This document shows, piece by piece, positions 63,105 through 64,000 of a DNA stretch of 64,000 nucleotides. Each line of letters starts with the position of its first letter. The first letter of the stretch is position 1. The notes beneath the pieces were generated by a model. The model saw nothing but the letters and a program-made list of their open reading frames with translations. It was not told the origin of the DNA and did no database searches. The DNA is taken from assembly GCA_010015585.1 (NCBI GenBank), contig ML975152.1; one strand, given 5' to 3'. This DNA comes from Eremomyces bilateralis CBS 781.70. Taxonomy: Eukaryota. The position numbers and the translations under genes were made by a program.

Positions 63105-64000
63105 TTACCGCTCCCCCATCCTCCCACTCCCCATCCTCTCCAACTGACTCATCATCCGACTCTTCCCGCCACTCACACTCCTCACCAACCCAGGCGCCGC
63201 CGTCGCCACCGGCGCTGCGGGCACCCCAATCCTCCCAATCCTCGATTTTTCCCCTCCCTGCCCCTTGGCCCCAAATCCAGGTCCCCTCAACCCACTCGGC
63301 CGCGCAATACTCTTCCGAAAATCCTCCACGGCCTCGACGGGCCCGACCTCGGTCTGCAGCGCCAACAACTCGTCGACGGCGGCAACCAGCTCGCCTTTCT
63401 CAATGCGTTCCTGCTCGAGGTCCGCATGCAGCGCGTCCTGCGCGGTGCGCAAGGTGCGCAGCTCCTGGGTGAGGCCTGCGAGGCTGGCGCGGGTGGCTTC
63501 GAGTTCAGTTTGCTGGGACTCGAGACGGGAGAGGTCGGCAGCGCGGAGGGAGGCGAGCTCGGAGGCGGGGATGGCGCCGGAGGGTAGGGCGATGGGGCCG
63601 GAGAGGGTGGCGTCTTTGGAGGATTGGAGGTCTTCGACTTGGTGGGTGAGGTGGGCGACTTGCTGGTGGAGGTCGTCGGTGAGCTTCTTGGATTTTTCCT
63701 CGAAGCCTTTCTTAAGGCCAGCGACTTTGGTAATGTGTTTCTTTTTGTAAATCGCGTGTAGCTCGGCGGAGAGCGCGTGGACCTTCTCGTCGATCTGCCG
63801 CTGCACCTGCTCTGCGGTAAACAGGCCTTTTTCTCCTCCCTCCTTATTCCCTTCTACCGGCGCCACGACCGTCACTTTCTTCGCCGCCTCCACCGCACGC
63901 TGCTCTGCCTCCGTTGCTCGTGTCTCTGCTTCCTCCACTCGCTTCTCTATCTCTTCCCGCTCCTTCTCCGCTTTCATCACCTCATCCCGCACGCTCCGCA
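63105..64000 (-). CDS. Coiled-coil protein with fungal TACC/Slk19-like domain (5' end outside window)
   Basis: ELHAIYKKKHITKVAGLKKGFE and ERIEKGELVAAVDELL. The ORF runs off the window edge. Confidence 0.7.
   Translation of the reverse strand, partial: RSVRDEVMKAEKEREEIEKRVEEAETRATEAEQRAVEAAKKVTVVAPVEGNKEGGEKGLFTAEQVQRQIDEKVHALSAELHAIYKKKHITKVAGLKKGFEEKSKKLTDDLHQQVAHLTHQVEDLQSSKDATLSGPIALPSGAIPASELASLRAADLSRLESQQTELEATRASLAGLTQELRTLRTAQDALHADLEQERIEKGELVAAVDELLALQTEVGPVEAVEDFRKSIARPSGLRGPGFGAKGQGGEKSRIGRIGVPAAPVATAAPGLVRSVSGGKSRMMSQLERMGSGRMGER

Overview
This is eukaryotic DNA from a filamentous ascomycete (Pezizomycotina), judged by short GT-AG introns with CTRAC branch points. It holds about 20 intact genes plus pseudogenes and DNA transposons. 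The left ~37 kb is accessory-like: a PLP-homeostasis gene, a Fot1/pogo remnant, an allantoate-type MFS, a broken WSC gene, a hAT deletion derivative, a reductase-less CYP505-like P450, DUF3237, a PTH11-like gene, VNX1 and a tyrosinase. It also holds a decaying fatty-acid/beta-oxidation cluster: a CTF1/Far-like Zn2Cys6 TF with a hAT MITE in its promoter, acyl-CoA ligase and enoyl-CoA isomerase fragments, an acyl-CoA oxidase pseudogene, and one intact, intronless, bacterial-looking alpha/beta hydrolase. A TauD-DUF427-MFS group follows, then a core block: MFS, SDR, RPT6, AAR2, RPS14, TYR1, MCT-type MFS, SIP5 and a TACC/Slk19-like gene. The most striking signal is in the 333-nt first intron of TYR1. 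It appears to be an intron nested inside an intron, and the inner intron carries a box C/D snoRNA matching yeast snR13. Family calls come from motif recognition, not database searches, and exon boundaries were read by eye.
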